Of a stretch of DNA of 38,530 nt, positions 19,188-26,489 are shown piece by piece. Origin of the DNA: an uncultured Sphingorhabdus sp. (GTDB lineage Bacteria; Pseudomonadota; Alphaproteobacteria; Sphingomonadales; Sphingomonadaceae); contig CAZSJE010000002.1 of assembly GCA_964606835.1 (NCBI GenBank), positions 1 through 38,530 of the forward strand. Reading direction: 5' to 3'. Every line of letters starts with the position of its first letter. Within the stretch, counting starts at the first letter, position 1. Under the pieces are notes generated by a model, which saw nothing but the letters and a program-made list of their open reading frames with translations, did no database searches and was not told the DNA's origin. Position numbers and translations under genes: made by a program.

Positions 19188-19264
19188 GGGTGTCTCCTTC
19201 GATATGCTTGTCGCTTCCCTCCCTCCGCCACCACACCCCGGAAGCGGCGCCGACGAATCGGCTG

Positions 19265-19279
19265 GAACAAAGCATGAAT
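19265..19279. promoter_or_regulatory. Near-consensus alphaproteobacterial LexA (SOS) box
   Basis: GAAC-AAAGCAT-GAAT versus consensus GAAC-N7-GAAC (one mismatch). Confidence 0.5.
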
Positions 19280-19287
19280 ATATTTGA

Positions 19288-19339
19288 TAGGAGAAATCCT
19301 ACTTGTCTAGGAAAAATCCTTTCGTTAGGGAAATTTTAT
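19288..19339. promoter_or_regulatory. Tandem palindromic operators of the CI/Cro-like switch
   Basis: TAGGAGAAATCCTA (19288-19301), TAGGAAAAATCCTT (19308-19321) and degenerate TAGGGAAATTTTAT (19326-19339). Confidence 0.75.
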
Positions 19340-19973
19340 GACAGACACCGATCCCCGCGCCGAACTAGACCGGCTGATTCGCGACAATGGCGACGACTAT
19401 GTTTCGCTATCCCGACTGCTCGGTCGAAACGCGGCCTATGTGCAGCAATATCTGAAACGCGGCTCGCCCAAGCGGCTGCCGGAGCATGAGCGGGGCATTC
19501 TTGCCCGCTATTTCGGTGTCGATGAAACGCTGCTGGGCGCAGCGGCCAGCCCCGGTGGCCGGTCGCTGCGCACCGTGCCAAAGCTCGCTGTCGGGGCGTC
19601 GGCCGGCGCAGGCGCGCTATATGATGAGGAAGCTCTGGCCGGAAAGATCGGTTTCGATGAAAGCTGGCTGCGCCGCATGGGCCTGGACCCCGCGCGGCTG
19701 TCGCTGATCCGTGTCGAGGGCGATTCGATGCAGCCGACGCTGAACGATGGCGACGACATCATGGTCGATACCGCCGCCGCTGACCGCGCGCTGAAAAAAG
19801 GCATTTATGTGCTTCGCCTCGACGGCACGCTGATGGTCAAGCGGGTGTCGCCGGAAAAGGGCGGGAAGCTGTCGATCTTGTCGGATAACCCCGCCTTTGG
19901 GCCGCTGGAGGGCATTGCGGCAAAGGATGTGGCAGTGGTTGGGCGCGTTGTCTGGGTTGGGCGGAAGCTGTGA
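19338..19973 (+). CDS. CI/LexA-like repressor: N-terminal HTH plus C-terminal S24 autopeptidase
   Basis: HTH-like LSRLLGRNAAYVQQY, Ala-Gly cleavage region (ASAGAG), catalytic Ser (GDSM) and Lys (MVKR), C-terminal VVGRVVW. Confidence 0.9.
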   Translation: MTDTDPRAELDRLIRDNGDDYVSLSRLLGRNAAYVQQYLKRGSPKRLPEHERGILARYFGVDETLLGAAASPGGRSLRTVPKLAVGASAGAGALYDEEALAGKIGFDESWLRRMGLDPARLSLIRVEGDSMQPTLNDGDDIMVDTAAADRALKKGIYVLRLDGTLMVKRVSPEKGGKLSILSDNPAFGPLEGIAAKDVAVVGRVVWVGRKL

Positions 19974-20014
19974 CAGGCTTGCACCCGGCGCGGCAAGCCG
20001 CCACATAGCCCCTC

Positions 20015-20707
20015 ATGTCCAACGTCACCTCAAATCTCAACGCCCAAAAGCCAACAGAACCGCCCCTAAAGGCCGCGATCATTCCGGTTACGCCGCTGGC
20101 GCAGAATTGTACGCTCTTCTGGTGCACGCAAACGAACAAGGGCGCGCTGGTCGATCCCGGTGGTGACCTGGACAAGTTGAAAGCCGCCGTCGCGCAAACC
20201 GGGGTAGAGCTTGAAAAGCTGCTCGTCACCCACGGTCATCTCGACCATTGCGGGCAGGCGGGAATACTTGCGGCGGAACTGGGGCTGACAATCGAAGGCC
20301 CGCATGAGGACGACCGCTTCTGGATCGCGCAACTCGATGACGATGGCCCGCGCTGGGGCATGGTCGCCAAGACGTTCGAGCCCGACCGCTGGCTGGTCGA
20401 TGGCGACACCGTGACTGTTGGCAACCTGACCCTCGACGTCATCCACTGCCCAGGCCACACGCCGGGCCATGTGGTGTTCCACCATTCGCCATCAAAGCTG
20501 GCAATTGTCGGCGATGTGCTGTTCCAGGGCAGCATCGGCCGCACCGATTTCCCGCGCGGCAATCACCAGCAGCTGATCGATTCGATCACGCAAAAGCTAT
20601 GGCCGCTGGGCGATGATGTGACCTTCATTCCGGGGCATGGTCCGACCAGCCAGTTTGGCTATGAGCGCAAGACCAATGCCTATGTTTCGGATTATGCTTT
20701 GAGTTGA
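20015..20707 (+). CDS. MBL-fold metallo-hydrolase (glyoxalase II/YcbL-like)
   Basis: THGHLDH, PGHTPGH, GDVLFQGSIGRTD and PGHG motifs. Confidence 0.92.
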   Translation: MSNVTSNLNAQKPTEPPLKAAIIPVTPLAQNCTLFWCTQTNKGALVDPGGDLDKLKAAVAQTGVELEKLLVTHGHLDHCGQAGILAAELGLTIEGPHEDDRFWIAQLDDDGPRWGMVAKTFEPDRWLVDGDTVTVGNLTLDVIHCPGHTPGHVVFHHSPSKLAIVGDVLFQGSIGRTDFPRGNHQQLIDSITQKLWPLGDDVTFIPGHGPTSQFGYERKTNAYVSDYALS

Positions 20708-20710
20708 GCG

Positions 20711-21136
20711 GTGCCGAAGACGACCAACCACACGTCGGTCGCCGACCTCAACCAGGCCAATATAGGCAAGCTGCCCGAACATCTGGGGCTTCGCATTACC
20801 GAAGTAAGCGAAGGCCGCGTTGTCGGTCGCTTCACCGTCCGCCCCGACCTCGTTTCGCACACCGGCTATCTGCTCGCAGGTGTCGGCCTGACGCTCGCCG
20901 ACCTGCTCTGCGCCTATGGCGTCTCGACCATGTGGCCCGACGGCGCGAAAAGCTTCACCACTTCGGAAGTGAAATGCAACTTCATCGGCACCGCGCTGGA
21001 AGGCGAGGTGGAGATCGTCGCCACCATCGTCCACAGCGGCCGGACCACGCAATTGTGGGACGCGGAGATCAGCGCCGTAGCGAGCGGAAAGCGCATTGCG
21101 CTGTTCAGGGCGACGCAGATTATATTGTATGGCTGA
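20711..21136 (+). CDS. PaaI-family thioesterase
   Basis: Hotdog-fold pattern (LTLAD...FTTSEVKCNFIG...HSGRTTQLWDA...RATQ). GTG start. Confidence 0.85.
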   Translation: MPKTTNHTSVADLNQANIGKLPEHLGLRITEVSEGRVVGRFTVRPDLVSHTGYLLAGVGLTLADLLCAYGVSTMWPDGAKSFTTSEVKCNFIGTALEGEVEIVATIVHSGRTTQLWDAEISAVASGKRIALFRATQIILYG

Positions 21137-21191
21137 TAGGTTGGGGATGCCTGAATGTCGGCTTTGGTCAGAAAGCAGCAAAAGCCGCCGT

Positions 21192-21728
21192 TCACGCCAA
21201 TTCCTTTTCCAGCACGACAAACGCCAAGTCGTCTCTCAACGGCATGCCAAAGCGATGGTCGTCGTAAGGGAATGGCTCGGTCTCTCCGGTTAAGTGGTAG
21301 CCGCGCCTTACATACCAAGCGATGAGTGTGTCCCGCACATTGACGACCGTCATGCGGATACAGCCACCGCCCTTATCGCGAACCCACTGCTCCGCCGCAG
21401 CAAGAACGACTTTGCCCGCGCCACTATTCTGTTGACTTGGGTCGATTGCTAATGAGCCCAGATACCACTTGAATGCGTCAAGTTTTTCAAGCCAAACGCA
21501 GCCGATGCAATGATCGCTTGATCGGTCGGAAGCTTTGAGAAAGGATGCCGCTGGCTTTGCAGCCAAGTCCGCTCGCAGAAACTCTTCAGTCGTGCGGTCA
21601 CCCGCGATGTAAGCGGCTTCGGAGTTCCAACCCGCTACATCGCCTGACCCTCTGTAGGCCCGGTTCATCAACGCCACGATTTCGGGAAGATCGACGTCTT
21701 CGATTGCGTTGAGTACGATGCTATTCAT
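21192..21728 (-). CDS. GNAT-family N-acetyltransferase
   Basis: Acetyl-CoA motif A (LAIDPSQQNSGAG), MTVVNVRDTLIAWYVRRGY and C-terminal LEKEL. Lower GC than its neighbours. Confidence 0.9.
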   Translation of the reverse strand: MNSIVLNAIEDVDLPEIVALMNRAYRGSGDVAGWNSEAAYIAGDRTTEEFLRADLAAKPAASFLKASDRSSDHCIGCVWLEKLDAFKWYLGSLAIDPSQQNSGAGKVVLAAAEQWVRDKGGGCIRMTVVNVRDTLIAWYVRRGYHLTGETEPFPYDDHRFGMPLRDDLAFVVLEKELA

Positions 21729-21834
21729 TGGTTGCGCAAATGGCAGCTTATAAGTTCGGTTGTCAAAATTGGAATGACCAAAAACTTGTCGCTAGCAGCC
21801 AATGCAACCCATGTGCGCGGTGCCATCAGCAACC

Positions 21835-21865
21835 TTGACATGCCAAATTTGTTCTGCTATTGTTC
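21835..21865 (+). promoter_or_regulatory. Sigma70-type promoter overlapped by a perfect LexA box
   Basis: TTGACA (21835-21840) - N17 - TATTGT (21858-21863). GTTC-TGCTATT-GTTC (21851-21865) matches the alphaproteobacterial SOS box GTTC-N7-GTTC. Confidence 0.72.
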
Positions 21866-22032
21866 TAATGCTCTTTGACAGCCTGTGATGGCACTGAATA
21901 ATCTCTCGCCCGGCGCTTCGCTGCCGCGTGCGCAAAAGTGCGGAAATTTCGCGCCTCCTACGAAATCGAAATAATGCGTTTAGGCGAAACTTTAGTGAAA
22001 CCTTTGGCTGCAAAGCCGCAGTTTTCCGTAAA

Positions 22033-22431
22033 TCATCCAAGCTTCGAATAAACACTCCACAAAGCATAGCCTGCAAGCCCGACCAAGGTCAGCATGGTGA
22101 TCAGCGTGCCGACCATGCGGCCCTTGGCGAATGTCCCGCCGTCCATGCCTAGGCCGTGCGCGAGGCGTCCGAAAATATAGACGATGCCCACCCACCACAG
22201 CCACTGGGCGGGATTTTGCGTCGCTTCTATCGCCGCAATCAGAATAAGAACGAAGGGGGCGCTTTCGATAAAATTGGCATGTGCGCGCATCCGGCGAATG
22301 ACAAATTCGTTTCCACCATCCCCAATCGAAACGCTTTCTTTGGTGCGCGCCTGGCCACAGCGGACCATCAGCCAGATGTTCACCAGCGCCGCGCCTGCAG
22401 CGATGGTCAGCGTAATCGGTAAGCTCAGCAT
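22033..22431 (-). CDS. MAPEG-family membrane protein
   Basis: VSIGDGG...RAHANFIESAP...GRLAHGLG motifs, with 3-4 TM helices. Confidence 0.9.
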   Translation of the reverse strand: MLSLPITLTIAAGAALVNIWLMVRCGQARTKESVSIGDGGNEFVIRRMRAHANFIESAPFVLILIAAIEATQNPAQWLWWVGIVYIFGRLAHGLGMDGGTFAKGRMVGTLITMLTLVGLAGYALWSVYSKLG

Positions 22432-22462
22432 GTTTGATTATCCCCTGCTATTAGCCTCATCC

Positions 22463-22535
22463 TCGTCATCCTGAACTTGTTTCAGGATAACGAGCTACCG
22501 CAGCTTGTTATCCTGAAACAAGTTCAGGATGATGA
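22463..22535. repeat. REPIN-like nested palindrome
   Basis: 34-bp arms (22463-22496 and 22502-22535) are inverted with 2 mismatches around a 5-nt loop. Each arm contains its own palindrome ATCCTGAA-N5-TTCAGGAT. Confidence 0.85.
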
Positions 22536-22577
22536 ATGGAATGAACTTGGCAGCGCTGCTATCACCCATCCAAAGAC

Positions 22578-22605
22578 TTGCAAAGCGGGGAAAAATCGGT
22601 ATGAG
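22578..22605 (+). promoter_or_regulatory. Putative housekeeping promoter of the rpmF-plsX-fabH operon
   Basis: TTGCAA-N16-TATGAG followed by a GC-rich discriminator (CCGCGC), about 120 bp upstream of rpmF. Confidence 0.45.
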
Positions 22606-22726
22606 CCGCGCTTCATCCGAGAGCATGGGGTTCGTGCTGCCGATTCTGGCTTTGCTTGCCAGCGCCGCGCAGAGGGCCTAAAGTCTTGGGAACACAGATA
22701 ATTTTTGAAATGGAACAGGTGCCGAG

Positions 22727-22903
22727 ATGGCTGTCCCCAAGAGAAAAACCTCGCCGTCGAAGCGCGGCATGCGTCGCAGCCATGATTCGCTGAAGGCCGA
22801 AGCTTTCCAGGAATGTTCGAACTGCGGCGAGCTGAAGCGTCCGCACCATATGTGCACCGCGTGCGGCCACTATAATGGCCGTGAGGTTCTGGCAGTCGCC
22901 TAA
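22727..22903 (+). CDS. rpmF: 50S ribosomal protein L32 (absent from ORF track)
   Basis: Hand translation [58 protein letters not shown] (58 aa). Upstream of plsX. Confidence 0.97.
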   Translation: MAVPKRKTSPSKRGMRRSHDSLKAEAFQECSNCGELKRPHHMCTACGHYNGREVLAVA

Positions 22904-22924
22904 GCCATCACCGGAGAAACGGCA

Positions 22925-23965
22925 GTGACCCTTTCACCGCGTATCGCCATTGATGCGATGGGCGGCGATGAAGGCGTGCGTGTGATGATTGAGGGCGCGG
23001 CGCTGGCGCGGCGTCGGCATGAGCGCTTTACTTTCCTGCTGGTGGGCGACGAGCCGCAGATCAGGAAGGCGCTGGAAAACCACCCCAATCTGACCGCTGC
23101 GTCGGAAATCCTGCACACTACCGAAGTCGTTTCGGGCGAAGACAAGCCCAGCCAGGCGATCCGCAAATCGCGCGGCAGTTCTATGGGGCTGGCGATCAAC
23201 GCAGTGAAGGAAGGCAAAGCTTCTGCTGCGGTCAGCGCCGGCAACACCGGAGCGCTGATGGCGATGGCAAAGCTTGCGCTCCGTACGATGCCGGGAATCG
23301 ACCGGCCTGCGTTAGCCGCTTTGTTACCGACGCTGGGCGAAGCCGATGTGGTGATGCTCGATCTGGGCGCGAACACCGAATGCGACGCACGCAACCTCGT
23401 GCAGTTTTCGGTGATGGGGGCGGCCTATTCACGGATCATCTTTGGGTTCGAGAAGCCGCGCGTGCGCTTGCTCAATATCGGCACCGAGGAGATGAAAGGC
23501 ACCGATTCGCTGCGCTTCGCCGCCCAGCATCTGCGCGACTCGCCCGGGCTGCATATGGATTTCCAGGGTTTTATCGAGGCGGACAAGATCAACCGTGGCG
23601 ATTGCGATGTTGTGGTGTGCGACGGCTTTTCGGGCAATATCGCGCTGAAATCTATCGAGGGGGCCGCGCGTTTCGTGACCGATCTGCTGCGCCGCGCCTT
23701 TACCAGCTCCATCCGCTCCAAATTCGGCTTCCTCGTTTCACGCCCCGCGACCGAGCTGTTGAAGCACCATCTCGATCCCAACAACCATAATGGTGCAGTG
23801 TTTCTGGGTCTCAATGGCGTGGTGGTCAAAAGCCATGGCAGCGCCAGCGTGAAGGGTGTGGCCAATGCGGTCGAGGTCGCTGCGCGGCTGGTCGAAGATG
23901 ATATCACCGACCGGATCATGGAGGATCTGGAGCGGGTCGATACCATGGATATCGTGGGCGAATGA
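22925..23965 (+). CDS. plsX: Phosphate acyltransferase PlsX
   Basis: [31 protein letters not shown] and VVKSHG motifs. Confidence 0.97.
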   Translation: MTLSPRIAIDAMGGDEGVRVMIEGAALARRRHERFTFLLVGDEPQIRKALENHPNLTAASEILHTTEVVSGEDKPSQAIRKSRGSSMGLAINAVKEGKASAAVSAGNTGALMAMAKLALRTMPGIDRPALAALLPTLGEADVVMLDLGANTECDARNLVQFSVMGAAYSRIIFGFEKPRVRLLNIGTEEMKGTDSLRFAAQHLRDSPGLHMDFQGFIEADKINRGDCDVVVCDGFSGNIALKSIEGAARFVTDLLRRAFTSSIRSKFGFLVSRPATELLKHHLDPNNHNGAVFLGLNGVVVKSHGSASVKGVANAVEVAARLVEDDITDRIMEDLERVDTMDIVGE

Positions 23966-24930
23966 CCGACGCTGCCCTTCGTGCCGTTATCAAGGGCACC
24001 GGTTCGGCGCTGCCCCGGCGGCGGGTGTCCAATGCAGAGCTGGCGGAAAGGGTCGATACTTCCGACGAATGGATCGTCGAGCGCACCGGCATCCGCTTTC
24101 GTCATATTGCCGAGGCCGATGAAACGACGGCGACACTGGGTGCCGATGCTGCGCGCACGGCGCTTGATGCGGCCGGGATGGAGGCTAGCGAGATCGACCT
24201 GATCATCCTTGCCACTGCCACCCCCGACCAGACTTTCCCGGCCAGCGCCACGAAAGTGCAGCATTTGCTGGGATGCAATGGCTGCGTGGCCTTTGACGTG
24301 GCGGCGGTATGCTCCGGCTTCCTATACGCGTTTTCGGTCGCCGAAAGCATGATCCGTGCGGGCAGCGCGAAGAACGCGTTGGTGATCGGTTCGGAAACCT
24401 TCAGCCGAATCCTCGACTGGGAGGACCGTGCGACCTGCGTGCTGTTCGGCGACGGGGCAGGGGCAGTGGTGCTATCAGGCGAGGTCGGGACCCGCGGCGC
24501 GCTGGCGACCAAGCTGCACGCCGATGGCCAGCACAACGAACTGCTCTATGTCGATGGCGGACCATCGACCACCGGCACGGTGGGCAAGGTTCGTATGGCG
24601 GGGCGTGAAGTGTTCCGCCATGCCGTCACCAATCTGTCGAGCGTCATGCACGAAGTGATCGACGCAGCGGGCGTTGTGGCGTCGGAGATCGACTGGGTTG
24701 TGCCGCATCAGGCCAACCGGCGGATCATCGATGCCACTGCAAAGAAGCTGGGGTTGCCGGAAGAGCGTGTGGTGCTGACCGTCGACCAACATGCCAATAC
24801 CTCGGCAGCATCTGTGCCGCTCGCGCTCGATGTCGCTGTCCGCGACGGGCGGATCAAGGCAGGCGATCTCGTCGTTCTGGAGGCAATGGGCGGCGGCTTT
24901 ACGTGGGGCGCATCGCTTGTCCGCATGTGA
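23962..24930 (+). CDS. fabH: Beta-ketoacyl-ACP synthase III
   Basis: AVCSGF, VPHQAN, ANTSAAS and AMGGGFTWG motifs. Confidence 0.97.
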   Translation: MTDAALRAVIKGTGSALPRRRVSNAELAERVDTSDEWIVERTGIRFRHIAEADETTATLGADAARTALDAAGMEASEIDLIILATATPDQTFPASATKVQHLLGCNGCVAFDVAAVCSGFLYAFSVAESMIRAGSAKNALVIGSETFSRILDWEDRATCVLFGDGAGAVVLSGEVGTRGALATKLHADGQHNELLYVDGGPSTTGTVGKVRMAGREVFRHAVTNLSSVMHEVIDAAGVVASEIDWVVPHQANRRIIDATAKKLGLPEERVVLTVDQHANTSAASVPLALDVAVRDGRIKAGDLVVLEAMGGGFTWGASLVRM

Positions 24931-25014
24931 GACGCCGTTCGTCAGTTTCCGATTGCTTGATTTACATTTTCTGCCATATTTCAGCGCGAAGGGTCGCGCC
25001 TCGGAGGTTAAGTC

Positions 25015-25305
25015 ATGGCTGATGCAGGTACATTGACGCGGGCAGACATTGCGGAGACCATTAATCGGCAGATCGGGCTTTCGCGCGCCGACGCGGCAGC
25101 CATGATCGATTCGATCCTGAATCATATGGTCGATGCTGTGGTTTCCGGCGAAAATGTGAAGATTTCCGGCTTTGGTACCTTTGTCCTGCGCGACAAGGGG
25201 CAGCGCATCGGTCGCAATCCCAAGACAGGCGTCGAGGTGCCAATCACGCCGCGACGCGTGCTGACATTCCGCGCGAGCCAAGGGCTGCGGTCGAAGGTCA
25301 AATAG
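25015..25305 (+). CDS. ihfA: Integration host factor alpha subunit
   Basis: VKISGFGTF and [25 protein letters not shown]. Canonical position after fabH. Confidence 0.95.
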   Translation: MADAGTLTRADIAETINRQIGLSRADAAAMIDSILNHMVDAVVSGENVKISGFGTFVLRDKGQRIGRNPKTGVEVPITPRRVLTFRASQGLRSKVK

Positions 25306-25307
25306 GC

Positions 25308-25676
25308 TTGGACAAGGACCCGCAAGCCTTTCTGACCATCGGCGAAATGGCCGACCGGCTGGGGGTCAAGACGCACATATTGCGCTATTGGGAAGAACAG
25401 TTCCCGATGCTGAACCCGCTTAAACGCGCTGGCGGGCGGCGGCTGTACCGGCCTGCCGATGTGGCGCTTCTGACCCAAATCAACGATTTGCTGCACCGGC
25501 AGGGCTATACGATCAAGGGCGCTGTGCAGTTTCTTGCCAAGGGTAGCGTTGCGGAAGCCGCGCCCGTCGCTGCGGTGCCATCCGCGTCTGGTGCCAGCGG
25601 TCCTGAAATGGCGTTCGTCCGCGACGAATTGAAGCGCATTAGAACCCGGCTCGCCGACGCCTTGGCTGCGGCCTGA
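25308..25676 (+). CDS. MerR-family HTH regulator (ihfA-linked)
   Basis: TIGEMA...HILRYWEEQFP...GGRRLYRP...QGYTIKG. TTG start. Confidence 0.9.
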   Translation: MDKDPQAFLTIGEMADRLGVKTHILRYWEEQFPMLNPLKRAGGRRLYRPADVALLTQINDLLHRQGYTIKGAVQFLAKGSVAEAAPVAAVPSASGASGPEMAFVRDELKRIRTRLADALAAA

Positions 25677-26411
25677 TTACTCGATCACATAGTCGGGTAG
25701 CGAGTAGAATGCCTTCCTCAGCGCGTCGGACCAGCCATCGGAAATGGCGTTGAAATAGGGGTCGTCCTCGACGATCCGCCGCTGCTGCAACGGTTCGAAC
25801 ACATCCTCCGGCAAGATCAGCATGTCGAGCGGCAGCGCCACCGACAGGTTCGCCGCCATAGTCGAATCGAACGAAACCATTAACAATTTGACCGCGCTTT
25901 CAAAACTCATGTCGGCTTGGAACCCGCGCACCAGGATCGGCCGACCATATTTGGTTTCGCCAATCTGGAAATAGGGCGTGTCGGCGGATGCCTCGATAAA
26001 GTTGCCCTCTGGGTAGATCAGGAAGAGCCGCGGCGGCATGCCCTTTATCTGCCCGCCCACGATCAGCGTCGCCTTGAAATTGGTATCGGCATTTTGCCCG
26101 GTCTGTTCGCGGTTGGAGATGGTTTCGCGGAGCTGGTCGCCAACGATTTGCGCGACCTGAAACATCGACGGGGCAGCCAGGATCGAAGGATTGCGCTCTT
26201 CGGGTGCCTTGGTGCGCTCGGCAATCTGGCTGATCACCGCTTGCGTCGTTGCCAGATTGCCGGCGGTCATGATCGTAATAAACCGCTCATCGGGTTTGGA
26301 GAAGATATGCATCTTGCGAAAGGTCGAGATGTTATCGACGCCGGAATTGGTGCGGGTGTCCGACATGAACACCAACCCCTTTTCGAGCTTCATCCCCACG
26401 CAATATGTCAT
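25677..26411 (-). CDS. Anbu proteasome-type (NTN hydrolase) protease
   Basis: N-terminal MTYCVG (Thr1 nucleophile after Met removal), SDTRTNSGVDN, AGNLATTQ, YPEGNFIEA and QIGETKYGRPI motifs. Confidence 0.92.
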   Translation of the reverse strand: MTYCVGMKLEKGLVFMSDTRTNSGVDNISTFRKMHIFSKPDERFITIMTAGNLATTQAVISQIAERTKAPEERNPSILAAPSMFQVAQIVGDQLRETISNREQTGQNADTNFKATLIVGGQIKGMPPRLFLIYPEGNFIEASADTPYFQIGETKYGRPILVRGFQADMSFESAVKLLMVSFDSTMAANLSVALPLDMLILPEDVFEPLQQRRIVEDDPYFNAISDGWSDALRKAFYSLPDYVIE

Positions 26412-26489
26412 AACCTGGTGACCCCCCGGTCTTTAACCCTGACCCGTCACTCTAAAGGCGAGGGGCGCAATGCTGTCAACGCGGCTTCC

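Noticed and set aside
19338..19973. Calling the S24 protein LexA or the Caulobacter GTA repressor RogA
   Set aside because: The N-terminus lacks the LexA winged-helix pattern, and orthology to RogA cannot be shown without a search. Left unnamed.
19976..20007. Hairpin GGCTTGC/GCAAGCC after the repressor as a terminator
   Set aside because: No U-tract. The same bases could instead be a promoter (TTGCAC-N17-CACATA) for the MBL gene, and this cannot be resolved from sequence.
17807..21136. Prophage around the CI/Cro-like pair
   Set aside because: No integrase, att repeats, or replication, packaging, structural or lysis genes. The flanks are ordinary chromosomal genes.
21153..21800. Integron attC sites flanking the GNAT gene
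   Set aside because: No RYYYAAC...GTTRRRY bounded long palindrome and no intI in the window. Kept only as a non-attC cassette-like hypothesis.
21792..22152. 94-aa (minus) and 74-aa (plus) ORFs between GNAT and MAPEG
   Set aside because: They overlap MAPEG and the promoter motifs, with no RBS or recognisable domain.
22463..22535. CRISPR array or rho-independent terminator
   Set aside because: Only two units, inverted rather than direct, with no spacers or cas genes. It lies between divergent genes and has no U-tract.
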